Shown: positions 21,614-31,930 of the stretch, one piece after another | Layout of the letters: each line of letters starts with the position of its first letter | Position numbering within the stretch: position 1 is the first letter of the stretch | NCBI GenBank assembly: GCA_963789395.1 | Contig: CAWBKP010000014.1 | Coordinates: forward strand, 224,001-288,000 | Source of the DNA: an uncultured delta proteobacterium | GTDB taxonomy: Bacteria > Desulfobacterota > Desulfobacteria > Desulfobacterales > Desulfatirhabdiaceae | DNA: 64,000 bases | Direction of reading: 5' to 3' | Translations under genes and position numbers: made by a program | The notes under the pieces: model-generated | The model's input: only the letters and a program-made list of their open reading frames with translations | What the model was told of the DNA's origin: nothing | Database searches by the model: none

Positions 21614-23256
21614 TCGATATCCTTCTGATCCAGCCGCCTGTCAGGGATTTTTATGCCACAGCCAAGCGCTCGCTTCCCTATGGTCTGGCCTGCATTGCCG
21701 CATCGCTGCTCAAGCACGGCTTTTCCGTTCAGATTTTAGACGGCCTTGCCACGTCCAAATCCCGAAACATTCCGATTCCCGCGGAAATGGATTATCTTTT
21801 CGAGTTTTATGCAAATCCGGATCTTTCCCCCTTTGCCCTCTTTCATCAGTATAAGCATTTCGGATACAGTTTTGAGCATATCGGAAAACTGGCAAAAGCC
21901 TCGGGTGCGTTGTTAATCGGCATTTCCTCCCTGTTTAGCGCCTACAGCCCGGAAGCGCTTCAAACAGCCGAGATCGTCAAGGCCTGTCATCCTTCCTGCA
22001 AAATCGTCATCGGCGGGCATCATCCCACGTCCCTGCCGGAAGCGGTCATGTCCTGTTCAGCCATTGATTACGGGATTCGCGGAGAAGGAGAAGTCTCACT
22101 GCCGATTCTGGCATCCGTTTTAAAATCAGGCCCGTCTCCATCAGATGCCCTGCTGTCAACGGTGCCGGGTCTTGTTTTCCGGAAATCCGATGCCTCGCTT
22201 CATGTCAGCGAACCCGTCTGGATGGAGAATCTCAGCGATTCCCCGCTTCCTGCAATGCACCTGGTTCGTTCGCGGTATTACAGGCGGGGAAAATCGGGCG
22301 CTTCGGTGATTGTCGCCAGCAGGGGGTGCCCCATGACCTGTACATACTGTTCCCTGGGGCAAAACGCCAAAACGCCGTATCGCCGCAAATCCCTTGATCG
22401 GGTGCTTCTTGAAATGGAGCAGGCCATCGAAACGTATGATGCCGGGTTTATAGATTTTGAGGACGAAAATCTGTCGCTTGACCGGAACTGGTTCATGGGC
22501 CTGCTGGCAGCGATCCAGGCCCGGTTTCCGGAACCCAGGCCTGAGCTGAGGGCCATGAACGGCCTGTTGCCGGCCTCGCTGGATAAAGATATGGTTCTGG
22601 CCATGAAAGCAGCCGGCTTCAAAACCCTGAATCTGTCTTTGGGAACCATTTCCACGACTCAACTGAAACGCTTTCACAGGCCGAATATGCAATCGGCATT
22701 TGAAAATGCGCTTGAACTGGCAGAACGCTGCGGATTGAATGCCGTCGGTTATATCATCGTCGGAGCGCCGTTTCAAAAGCCCACGGATGCCGTCGAAGAT
22801 CTGTTGTACCTGGCCTCCCTGAGAACCCTTGCCGGTGTATCGGTATTTTATCCTTCGCCAGGCAGCACGGATTATGATCTTTGCGGCAGGCTCGGTATTC
22901 TGCCGGAACACTTGTCCCTGATGCGATCCAGCGCGCTTCCCCTGTCCCACACCACATCCCGGATAGAATCCGTTACGCTGATGCGGTTGGGAAGAATCCT
23001 GAATTTCATGAAATTTTTGGTTGATCTTGAAATTGATTTTCAGGCCGAAGCGAAAGGGGCTTCAAAAAAAAGACTGCCTTTGGAAAACCGCCAGGAATCA
23101 GGCATCCGGCTTTTACAGATGTTCCTTGAAGACGCAGAAATCCGGGGAATCACCCCGGATGGCCGGATTTACGAACACAACGTGTCTCTGGATTTGACCC
23201 GGCGCTTCAGGGATGGACTTTGCGACATCAAGATAAAAGGGATCAACAAAAAATGA
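21610..23256 (+). CDS. Cobalamin-binding radical SAM protein
   Basis: B12-binding N-terminus (GGHHPT, GEGE); SRGCPMTCTYC CxxxCxxC. Confidence 0.88.
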   Translation: MIDILLIQPPVRDFYATAKRSLPYGLACIAASLLKHGFSVQILDGLATSKSRNIPIPAEMDYLFEFYANPDLSPFALFHQYKHFGYSFEHIGKLAKASGALLIGISSLFSAYSPEALQTAEIVKACHPSCKIVIGGHHPTSLPEAVMSCSAIDYGIRGEGEVSLPILASVLKSGPSPSDALLSTVPGLVFRKSDASLHVSEPVWMENLSDSPLPAMHLVRSRYYRRGKSGASVIVASRGCPMTCTYCSLGQNAKTPYRRKSLDRVLLEMEQAIETYDAGFIDFEDENLSLDRNWFMGLLAAIQARFPEPRPELRAMNGLLPASLDKDMVLAMKAAGFKTLNLSLGTISTTQLKRFHRPNMQSAFENALELAERCGLNAVGYIIVGAPFQKPTDAVEDLLYLASLRTLAGVSVFYPSPGSTDYDLCGRLGILPEHLSLMRSSALPLSHTTSRIESVTLMRLGRILNFMKFLVDLEIDFQAEAKGASKKRLPLENRQESGIRLLQMFLEDAEIRGITPDGRIYEHNVSLDLTRRFRDGLCDIKIKGINKK

Positions 23257-23364
23257 ACCGAGATTATCCGATCGACATATTTATTATTGCATATGATCCG
23301 CTTTTCTAGGTATATGCGCCACAGTCATGAAAATGACAGCTTTGAATACACCGCCATCGCAACC

Positions 23365-23862
23365 ATGAATCTTTTATTTAACACCCTATTTCAAAAGACC
23401 CGGCAGATTCTGAATCAATGTTATTGCCGGCTCATCAGAATCGAAGGGGATCCCCGCAACATTGCCATGGGATTTGCCTTGGGACTGTTTGTCGGCATGA
23501 CTCCCACGATGGGATTCCAGATGCCCATCGCTGTTTTTTTTGCCATTCCGCTAGGTCTCAATAAAATTTCTTCCGCCGCAGGCGTCTGGATAACCAACCC
23601 TGTCAGCGCACCGTTCATTTACACGATGAACTATCTTGTCGGTGTCAAACTATTTCGTATTAACATTACAACCGGACAAATCATGGATTTCAGCTTCAAC
23701 TCTCTGAAATGTCTGTTGGCTGATACCCCGGATATCTTTATGGCGGCAACGCTTGGCGGAATTGTCATCGGCATTCCGATCGCCGTTGGCGGCTATTATT
23801 TTGCCCTGTCCGCTGTAAAACGATATCAGACGCTTACAAAAAAAGCCCACTGCCCGTCCTGA
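23365..23862 (+). CDS. DUF2062 membrane protein
   Basis: P..IA.GFALG.F.G.TP.MG.Q, WITNP motif. Confidence 0.82.
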   Translation: MNLLFNTLFQKTRQILNQCYCRLIRIEGDPRNIAMGFALGLFVGMTPTMGFQMPIAVFFAIPLGLNKISSAAGVWITNPVSAPFIYTMNYLVGVKLFRINITTGQIMDFSFNSLKCLLADTPDIFMAATLGGIVIGIPIAVGGYYFALSAVKRYQTLTKKAHCPS

Positions 23863-23866
23863 TCCG

Positions 23867-25051
23867 CTACTTACCACCCAACTGATACTTTCTCACAGCC
23901 TGCAGATGTTCGTCCCATGTTCGTGAAAACTGATGGGTTTTATCCTGACGGGATACAAAATACAGATAGTCGCTTTGGGCGGGATAAACAGCTGCCAGAA
24001 GCGACTTGGCCCCTGGACTGGCAATCGGCCCCGGTGGCAGCCCCTGGCGGGTATAGGTGTTATACGGGGTTGGCGTTGTCAGATGCCGGCGGGTGATATT
24101 CCCGTCAAAATTCTCAATGCCGTAAATCACCGTAGGATCGCTTTCCAGACGCATGCGGCGTTTCAGCCGGTTGTGAAATACGGATGAAACGATCGGCCGC
24201 TCGCTGTCAGAGCCGGTTTCCTTTTCAATGATGGAAGCCAGCGTCACGGCCTGATGCAACGACAGGCCTGTCTTTTGTGCATCCTGAGCCATCTCGGGCG
24301 TAAACACCTCTCGAAATCTCTGGATCATGGTGGTAAGGATTTTCTCGGGGCTGACCCCTTTCGGGAAATAATACGTATCCGGGAAAAGATAGCCTTCTGC
24401 CGTATCCGCTTCAATGTTCCAGGCATGACACAATTGCGGGTCCTGCGCCGCATGCATCAGCCGGGATTCAGAGACCAGTCCGGCGCCGGCAAATACCGCA
24501 GCAATTTCTTTCAGATTATATCCTTCCGGAATGGTGATTTTATATAAATAAGTCTTTCCACTGACCAGTATTTCCAGAATCTGCTTTGGCGTCATGGCGC
24601 CGGACACCAGATATTCTCCTGCCTGAATCCGCCGGGCATATCCGAATGCACGGGCATAGAGATAGAAACTGGATGGCGCCCGAATGATTTCCGAACGAAA
24701 GAGCATATCGGCGGTTGTTTTCAACTGCTGACGGGGCAGCACCGTAATCATCGCTTCCAGGGAAGGCCGGCTGCCGGCGGTGTTGGCATATTCGACGATA
24801 TCCCATGCTGTCCAGATGGCAAGCGTTGAGAGGATCAGCAGCGCCAGGGCGGAAACTGCCAAAACAACTCTTTTAAAAAAGCCTCTCTGGCCAAAGGCGC
24901 TGTTGCCGCAGACCTTGGACCGGCTGACTTCAATGGCCGATTTTGACAATGTAATGAATTTCCTCAATGAGTGATCATGGGTTTCCCGTATCAGAAACAC
25001 GCGCAGCAGTCTCACCCTGTGGACAGAAAAAGAGAACTCCGGCGCACTCAA
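23867..25051 (-). CDS. mltG: Endolytic transglycosylase MltG (start codon uncertain, probably downstream of 25051)
   Basis: TIPEG, EGYLFPDTY, LASIIEKET, VFHNRL, LESDPT, GLPPGPIASPG. Confidence 0.92.
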   Translation of the reverse strand: MSAPEFSFSVHRVRLLRVFLIRETHDHSLRKFITLSKSAIEVSRSKVCGNSAFGQRGFFKRVVLAVSALALLILSTLAIWTAWDIVEYANTAGSRPSLEAMITVLPRQQLKTTADMLFRSEIIRAPSSFYLYARAFGYARRIQAGEYLVSGAMTPKQILEILVSGKTYLYKITIPEGYNLKEIAAVFAGAGLVSESRLMHAAQDPQLCHAWNIEADTAEGYLFPDTYYFPKGVSPEKILTTMIQRFREVFTPEMAQDAQKTGLSLHQAVTLASIIEKETGSDSERPIVSSVFHNRLKRRMRLESDPTVIYGIENFDGNITRRHLTTPTPYNTYTRQGLPPGPIASPGAKSLLAAVYPAQSDYLYFVSRQDKTHQFSRTWDEHLQAVRKYQLGGK

Positions 25052-25186
25052 TAATAGTGAATATAAAAGGCAATGGCAATAGAGATGTCTTCAGAATGGG
25101 GAGCGGGGCAGCAGGTGAGTGCATCCACTGGGTGCATTTTTTTGGATGGAATCTGATTTGTTATGAAGGTTCTTCTTGCAGCGGGG

Positions 25187-26677
25187 TCATTGCGAAATGG
25201 GTAAAAAAACCGTGAACGTCGTTCCCCGGGACGGTTCACTCCGGACCTGAATGCTGCCTCCCAGTTCATCCAGAAGCCCTTTGACGATGGGAAGGCCAAG
25301 GCCCGTTCCGGTAATGAAACGGGTTTTTTCATTCTTTACCCGGTAAAAGCGTTTGAAGATATTGTCGATATCCTTGGCTTCAATACCAAACCCCGTGTCG
25401 CTGACATCTACCTGAATTTTATCCGTCAGCAGTCCGATTTTTACTTCGACGGCACCTTCGTCCGGCGTATAGTTGATGGCGTTTGCGATCAAATTTCCAA
25501 AAACGCTTTCCAGTGCCCGGGGATCGGCAGAGATCACAGGAAGCGGTTCATCGGGAATTACCAGCTTAAGCTGCTGATTCTTTCCGCTGGCCCGTGTTTC
25601 CATAAAATCCACGATGCTTTTCAAAAACTCATCCAGCTTGATGGGCTTGCAGTCGATGCAGACATTTCCGGCTTCGATACGGGACAGGTCCAGCAGGTCC
25701 CCGATCAGCGAAATCAGCCCCTGGGTTTTTTCCTTGGCCCGCGAAAGCAGGTATTGATCCCTCGGAGACTCATTCTCCACCATGTCTTTCAGAACCAGGG
25801 CCAGTTGCTCATGAATGGTGGAGAGCGGAGACCTCAGCTCATGCGACACCTTGGCCACGAATTCGGATTTCAGGCGGTCCAGAACCTTCATGGCCGTAAT
25901 GTCAACCAGATTCACCACAGCGCCCAGGCATTCGCCCTCATCACCGAGAACCGGCCTTCCGGAAGCCAGCAGGTATTTTTCACCAACGGTCGTAAATTCA
26001 TATGTCGCCGGAAGGGTAATCGCTTTTCCCGCGGAAATGTCTTCAACCAGCTGACAGAACCCTTTATCCTGTATGCAGGCCTCGATGGGTTCTCCCGCAA
26101 CCAGGCTCTTTTCAATTCCCATCAGCCACTGGAATGCAGGGTTTGCCAGCGCCACCTGCCCCTGGACATTGGTCACCAGAACCCCGTTCGGAAGCGATTC
26201 CACAATGGTTCGAATCCGGCTTTTTTCCGTCCCCAGATCCGCCAGATTCCGCTGCCGTTCCTGAGCCAGGTTTTCGGTTTCTTCGGCAAGCCGAATCCGC
26301 TCCCTGGCCCGATTGATGACGATCCGCAGCTGGTCGGGCTCAAAAGGCTTGGGAATAAAGTCATACGCCCCCTGCTTCATAGCGTCGATGGCGGTTTCAA
26401 GCGTGGCATAACCGGTGATGATGATAACCAGAATTTCAGGATTCAATTTCTGGATGTGGCCCAGCACTTCCATGCCATCCATTCCCGGCATTTTCAAATC
26501 CAGAAGAACGATCGAAACCGGATACTGCCCCAGAAGCTCCAGCCCCTCGCTTCCACGGGAGGCTTTATACACCTGAAACCCCATCCGCGTCAGAATGCGT
26601 TCGGATCCCTCCCGAATGCTTTCTTCATCATCAACGACCAGAATGGTCAATCCATTGGATGTGTTTTCCGGTTTCAC
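25187..26677 (-). CDS. Hybrid receiver-PAS-histidine kinase
   Basis: ILVVDDE/DLKMP receiver, PAS, SHELRSPL H-box, NLIANAINY, GTGLGL. Confidence 0.92.
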   Translation of the reverse strand: MKPENTSNGLTILVVDDEESIREGSERILTRMGFQVYKASRGSEGLELLGQYPVSIVLLDLKMPGMDGMEVLGHIQKLNPEILVIIITGYATLETAIDAMKQGAYDFIPKPFEPDQLRIVINRARERIRLAEETENLAQERQRNLADLGTEKSRIRTIVESLPNGVLVTNVQGQVALANPAFQWLMGIEKSLVAGEPIEACIQDKGFCQLVEDISAGKAITLPATYEFTTVGEKYLLASGRPVLGDEGECLGAVVNLVDITAMKVLDRLKSEFVAKVSHELRSPLSTIHEQLALVLKDMVENESPRDQYLLSRAKEKTQGLISLIGDLLDLSRIEAGNVCIDCKPIKLDEFLKSIVDFMETRASGKNQQLKLVIPDEPLPVISADPRALESVFGNLIANAINYTPDEGAVEVKIGLLTDKIQVDVSDTGFGIEAKDIDNIFKRFYRVKNEKTRFITGTGLGLPIVKGLLDELGGSIQVRSEPSRGTTFTVFLPISQ

Positions 26678-26773
26678 ATGAACCTTCCTGAAATACAGAT
26701 AAATTATCTATTGAACCCCGGGCGTTGAGGGTCAGGAGCAGACCGGCCCTCGACCGTTATTGCCAGAAAATGT

Positions 26774-28225
26774 TCACGACGGATTGATGGGCAGTTCAAC
26801 AATAAAAACAGCTCCTTGATCCGGATTGTTTCTGGCCATGATTATCCCCTTATGACTTTCCACAATGCCATATGCCAGACTCAGACCCAGACCCGTACCC
26901 TTTCCTTCTTCTTTTGTCGTATAAAACGGCTCAAAAACATGGGGCAACACATCCTCTGGAATTCCCGGACCCGTATCGGAGATTTCAATGATGATTTTCT
27001 GATTGTTCGGGGAGCGGGCTGATGAAATGACCAGTTTCCCCCTGCCGTCCATGGCCTGGGCAGCGTTTAAAATGATGTTCAGGAACACATGGTTGAGCTG
27101 CTGGATATCGCCCAGGACAAGGGGAAGATCTGCCGCCAGACGGGTTTCAATCGAAATATTCTGAAACAGAACCTGTTTTTCCAGGAGAAACAGGGTTCGG
27201 GACAGGGCCTTGTTGATGTCGTGAAATTGCTTTTCCTGCATGGTTTGCCGGGAAAATACGAGAAGTTCCTTGACCGTATCCCGGCACCGTTCGGCATCCT
27301 TTAATATCCGGCTCAAGTCCGCCCTGGCCGGCTCACTCAGTTCATATTCCTCCTGAATCAGGCGGGAATACAGCATGATACCGCCCAGGGGATTGTTCAG
27401 CTGATGGGCAACGCCGGCAGCCAGCTTGCCCAGGGAGGCCATTTTTTCATTCTGAAGCAGCTGGATCTGGGCTCTTTCCAGCTCTTTTTTCAATCGAATC
27501 CGAGTCCGCAAATCATGAAAAAATCCGATGGATCCGACTTCCTGACCGCCTTCATAGATAATCGATGCGTACAGGCTGATGGGGATTCGCTCTCCCTGTT
27601 TCCCCAGGATATCCACATGGTATTCCTTCAGCTTTCCCTTGCCGCCGTAATCCTCGCTTCGAAGCTTTTTCATGACGTCCCATGCACCGTGGTCCGGATA
27701 GATGCTCTGAATATAAAGGCTTTCGAGCGCTTCTGCGACGCTGTATCCACTGACTTCCGCAGCAGACTGATTGAAAATGAAGATTTTTCCCTTTCGGTCC
27801 GCGGCAATCACCCCATCCACGGCGCTGTTGATCATGTTTTTCAGAAACGCACTCGATTGACGAAGCTCTTCCTCCAGTTTTCCGAGCCGGGGCAGATCAA
27901 AATCCACCATCAGCAGTGCATCGATTACCCCTTCTGAACATATGGGATAACAGGAAACCCGCTCGCTTTCCTGAAGACTTTTGGGAGAATGCCTGAGAAT
28001 GGGTTTCCCGTTATGAAGCACGCGGCAGGCAGGGCAGTCATCACAGGGCGTGCTGTATTCAAAATAGATATCATAGCAGACACTGCCGACAATATCCTTG
28101 CCCCGTTTTTCGGCCGTATAGCGATTGGTGGCCAGAATACGGTGATCCGGGGACACCACGATCATTTCGCGGTCCAGCGCATCGATGGCCCGTATCAGAT
28201 ATTCTTTTTCCGCTTCGGTGCGCAC
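26774..28225 (-). CDS. PAS-domain sensor histidine kinase (NtrB-like)
   Basis: two PAS-like domains, GVAHQLNNPL, NAAQA, PFYTTK..GKGTGLGL. Confidence 0.92.
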   Translation of the reverse strand: MRTEAEKEYLIRAIDALDREMIVVSPDHRILATNRYTAEKRGKDIVGSVCYDIYFEYSTPCDDCPACRVLHNGKPILRHSPKSLQESERVSCYPICSEGVIDALLMVDFDLPRLGKLEEELRQSSAFLKNMINSAVDGVIAADRKGKIFIFNQSAAEVSGYSVAEALESLYIQSIYPDHGAWDVMKKLRSEDYGGKGKLKEYHVDILGKQGERIPISLYASIIYEGGQEVGSIGFFHDLRTRIRLKKELERAQIQLLQNEKMASLGKLAAGVAHQLNNPLGGIMLYSRLIQEEYELSEPARADLSRILKDAERCRDTVKELLVFSRQTMQEKQFHDINKALSRTLFLLEKQVLFQNISIETRLAADLPLVLGDIQQLNHVFLNIILNAAQAMDGRGKLVISSARSPNNQKIIIEISDTGPGIPEDVLPHVFEPFYTTKEEGKGTGLGLSLAYGIVESHKGIIMARNNPDQGAVFIVELPINPS

Positions 28226-28232
28226 ATCCCTC

Positions 28233-29531
28233 CTAAAGGCCGACTTCCGCCAGGTCCGGTCCGAGGTAGGTGCGTTCGTTTTCGCCCAGAACGCCCAGCG
28301 ACAGGCAGATCAGGGTCCAGAGATGCACCGTATGGTATCCGCCTTCAAAATGCTCCCCGATATCATGAATCTGGGCATGGCAGTTATGGCAGGGCGTGAT
28401 GCAGTAATGCGCTCCGGTTGCCATGACCTGCTCGAATTTGAGTCTGCCGTAAGCCCGCCTGGCTTCGGGAAGGCCGGATTGCAGGAACCCGCCGCCCCCG
28501 CCGCAACAGTAGTTGTTGGAGCGGTTCGGAAACATATCCACAAAATTTTCCTCGCCTACAACGGCTTTAACAACAAACCGAAGATCCTCAGCCACCGGAT
28601 CACCAAAACTTTTCCGGACCAGCTGGCAAGGGTCCTGAACCGTAAACTTGACTTTCAGGTCCCTGTTCCAATCGGAGTTGACCTTGAGTTTTCCTTCCCG
28701 TATCCACTGGGCATAATACTGGATGATACTTTTTATCTCAAAATTGTAAGGAATGTTGAATTTTTTCAGTCCAGTCCGGACTGCAAATAGCTCGTGCCCT
28801 CACTCGGTATTGAGCCAGACCTTGCACTTGAGATCATCCACGGCCTTGGCCTTGATCCGAACGATTTCTTCCCACCGGTCGTTTTCCGCCAGGAACATGC
28901 AGTAATTCTCAGCAGCCCATCCCTTGGAACCGTAAGTCCAGTCAGCCCCAGCCAGATGCAGGATTTTCCAGAGCGGCACCATTTCATCCGGCTCTGTGAC
29001 CGGCTCCCGGGAGTTCTGGTTCAGAAAAAACTCGGCGCCCACCTTATCCATCGGAGCCTGAAGATCTTCAAATCCCGGCTGGTTTTCCCGGACCTCGTTC
29101 AAAACGTCTTCAACCACAAACCGCCAGTCTTCTTCGGTTGCGCCCATGGCGCTGCACGTATCGTTTCTGAGGGCCATGTCGCAGGAACCCAGGATTCCCT
29201 TTGGTTTCTGATCTCTGGGCCAATTGGCCCTGACATTGAACACCAGCTGGGGAATATCGATTTTCATGGGACACACATAGATGCAGCGCTGGCACATGGT
29301 GCACATCCAAGCCCACTTGGAGCTCAGGATTTCTTCATCCATCCCGAGAGAGGCCATGCGCAGAAATTTCCGGGGATCCATGTCTTCCAGTCCGGTTGCC
29401 GGGCATCCGGAAGAGCAGGCCCCGCAGGTCAGACAGAGGTTCAGGTTTCCGCCATCCGGCAGAAGGGCCATCACCTTGTCCTTGAACAGGCTCTTGCCTG
29501 ATTTTGACATCCGAATGACGCCTGTTGTCAT
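28233..29531 (-). CDS. Selenocysteine-containing HdrD/DsrK-like Fe-S protein (2x[4Fe-4S] plus CCG domains), 432 aa
   Basis: Track ORFs 28800-29618 and 28233-28595 are in one frame joined through UGA 28802-28800: WLNTE-U-GHELFAVRTG...QDPC...YCCGGGGG...PCHNC. U244 replaces C of the ECGH motif. AAGGAG RBS before ATG 29531. Confidence 0.9.
28767..28783 (-). promoter_or_regulatory. SECIS-like hairpin of the hdrD-like gene
   Basis: CAGUCC-GGACU-GGACUG starting 16 nt after the UGA. Confidence 0.7.
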
Positions 29532-29585
29532 GATGATCTCCTTATAGGGAATAGGTAGCGCCTGAACGGAAAGACCGTTCAGGCG

Positions 29586-29715
29586 AAATTCGAATATCGA
29601 AATCCGAAACAAATTCAAAATTCAAATGTCTAAAATGATTAATCTCAAAACACACCGTTTTGATCATTATGATTTTGGTCATTGTTTCGAATTTCGTGCT
29701 TCGGATTTCGAATTT
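29586..29715. repeat. Heptamer-periodic inverted repeat element (about 130 bp)
   Basis: Left arm AAATTCG AATATCG AAATCCG AAAC; reverse complement of right arm AAATTCG AAATCCG AAGCACG AAATTCG AAAC. Confidence 0.8.
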
Positions 29716-29731
29716 ATAATTGAAACTCTGA

Positions 29732-30121
29732 TTACATACCCAGTAACCGCTTGACGCTCTGGGTAATATCCTCGGCCGAAGCCGGCTTGGGCAGATAATC
29801 GTCGGCTTCCGTGCTCATGCCGTCATAATGAGAATATTTTGTGGAAGTAACGCGGTCAGCCACGGCCGTCAGCAGCACTATCGGAATGCCGGCGTAGGCG
29901 CTGTCTTTTTTGAGCAGCGCGCACAGCTCAAAGCCGTCCATCTCCGGCATCATGACATCCAGGACAATGGCGTGCGGCGGGTTGGCCTTGATTTTTTCAA
30001 AACCTTCCACGCCATTGTAGGCCAGTTCGGTTGCAAACCCTTCTTTTTCCAGATAGGTCTGCACGATCATCGAAAAATCAGGCTCATCGTCAACGATGAG
30101 AATGCGTTTTTTTTCACTCAT
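29732..30121 (-). CDS. Single-domain response regulator
   Basis: ILIVDDE, LDVMMP, LTA, YLPKP. Confidence 0.92.
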   Translation of the reverse strand: MSEKKRILIVDDEPDFSMIVQTYLEKEGFATELAYNGVEGFEKIKANPPHAIVLDVMMPEMDGFELCALLKKDSAYAGIPIVLLTAVADRVTSTKYSHYDGMSTEADDYLPKPASAEDITQSVKRLLGM

Positions 30122-30277
30122 GAGTCACATCCTTTCATATCAATCGATATTACGTTAGAAGTTAAACTGAAGATTGGAAAATAAGAAAGACCGGAACGTT
30201 GTTTTCCCGCTTTCCTACCACACCGCACATGCTAAGTCCAGCACAGGATTGCAGGATGGAACTTCTGTCTTTTCCGT

Positions 30278-31213
30278 TTAACTGTCTAACACAGGCCGGG
30301 GATAGAGACCGGTCCGCTCCACAATTTCCGCCACTTTTTCTTCCCATTCGATAGCCATGATATGGAATCCGTGCACGCCTTCCACGGACTTGAGGCGTTC
30401 AATGGTTTCCACGCAAATGTCAATGCCTTCCTGGGGCTGTTTTTCCTTGGCAACTCCGGCCATGCGTTTGATGACATCATCCGGAACATCCATGCCCGGA
30501 ACCCGGTTTTTCATATACCGGGCCATGCCCACGGATTTCATCGGCGTGACGCCGGCCAGAATGTGCACTTTTTCCGTAAGACCCCGTTCTCTGGCCAGCT
30601 TTACCCAGAGCTCGAACTTGTCGAGATTGTAAATACACTGGGTCTGAATGAATTCAACGCCGGCTGCGATTTTTTTGGCCAGACGGGGAACCCGAATTTC
30701 AAAAGGATCGGCAAAGGGGTTTTCCGCAGCCCCCACAAACATTTGGGGAGGCCTGTCGATATCCCCACCGCCCAGAAATTTCCCTTCATCCCGCATGCGC
30801 CGTACCGTCTGGATGAGCTGCATGGAATCGATATCATGGACATTCTGCCCGGTGGCGCAATCCCCGAAGCTCTGGTGGTCGCCCGAAAGGCAGAGGATGT
30901 TGTTGATATCAAAGGAGGCCGCCCCCAGGATGTCGCTTTGCAGCGCGATCCGGTTGCGATCCCGCGTCACCATCTGCAGGACCGGCTCCAGACCCATGAG
31001 TTTCAGGCGGATGCAGGCCGCCAGGCTGCACATGCGCGTAACGGATGTCTGGTTATCGGTAATGTTGATGGCATCGACATGGTTTTTGATCAGATGCCCT
31101 TTTTCCTCGATATGCTTGGGGTTGCTGCCCCGGGGAGGACCGACTTCCGAGGTGACTGCCAGATGGCCCGCGGCCAGAATTTTTTCCAGTTTGCTTGGCG
31201 TTTTAGTGGTCAT
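30278..31213 (-). CDS. metF: Methylenetetrahydrofolate reductase
   Basis: TSEVGPP, NITDN, RDRNRIALQSD, LSGDH, KKIAAG.EFIQTQ. Confidence 0.92.
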   Translation of the reverse strand: MTTKTPSKLEKILAAGHLAVTSEVGPPRGSNPKHIEEKGHLIKNHVDAINITDNQTSVTRMCSLAACIRLKLMGLEPVLQMVTRDRNRIALQSDILGAASFDINNILCLSGDHQSFGDCATGQNVHDIDSMQLIQTVRRMRDEGKFLGGGDIDRPPQMFVGAAENPFADPFEIRVPRLAKKIAAGVEFIQTQCIYNLDKFELWVKLARERGLTEKVHILAGVTPMKSVGMARYMKNRVPGMDVPDDVIKRMAGVAKEKQPQEGIDICVETIERLKSVEGVHGFHIMAIEWEEKVAEIVERTGLYPRPVLDS

Positions 31214-31878
31214 ATCTGCACATCCTCCCTGACGACTTTTCGGGGTCCGCCTGCCCTGTCGGTGGACCAGTCCTTGATCGAGAAGAGCTTTTCATAGTCA
31301 TCCATGCGTCCCAGAGCCTTCAGGCGGTCCACGATGAGCTGCCAGGCGCAGTCCAGATCTTTGTTGATTTCGCACTTGCCCTTGCTGGAGCCGCCGCAGG
31401 GGCCGTTTAAAATCCGCTTGGCGCAGCGCGAAACCGGGCAGATACCGGCTGTGCTTGCCAGAACACATTGACCGCAGGCCTGGCATCGTTCCGTCCAGAG
31501 TCCCCGCTTTTCGGTGACTCCCAGAAAGCAGGTATTGACGCCCGGATAGACCGGTTTGGACAGATATTTCTCCGCCGTAAACTGGACCCCGACCCCGCAG
31601 GCCAGAGAGACAACCGCGTCATACTTGTCGATTTTATCCCGGATTTCTTCCAGATACTCATGGTCGCACTGACGCTCCAGCGTAATTTCGTCAATTCGCA
31701 TGTCTTTTCCATTGTTGATAAAATACATTCGCAGGGCCGATGCCAGAATGCCCACTTCTTTCTTGCCGCCTGCCTCGCAGACGGTGACGCATTCATTGCA
31801 TCCCAGTATCAGCACATTGCGATAGGGTTCCACTTGCTGAATGATTTCTTCGATGGGTTTTTTATCGGCTACAATCAT
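31210..31878 (-). CDS. metV: MTHFR Fe-S/Zn subunit MetV
   Basis: GC.EC...C..GG, CQACGQC, CPV.RCAK...NGPCGG, C...CAW; overlaps metF by 4 nt. Confidence 0.9.
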   Translation of the reverse strand: MIVADKKPIEEIIQQVEPYRNVLILGCNECVTVCEAGGKKEVGILASALRMYFINNGKDMRIDEITLERQCDHEYLEEIRDKIDKYDAVVSLACGVGVQFTAEKYLSKPVYPGVNTCFLGVTEKRGLWTERCQACGQCVLASTAGICPVSRCAKRILNGPCGGSSKGKCEINKDLDCAWQLIVDRLKALGRMDDYEKLFSIKDWSTDRAGGPRKVVREDVQI

Positions 31879-31930
31879 GGTTTGTGACCTCTCTTGTCAG
31901 GATCAGGGTTTGGGGTCAGGGGTCTTTGTC

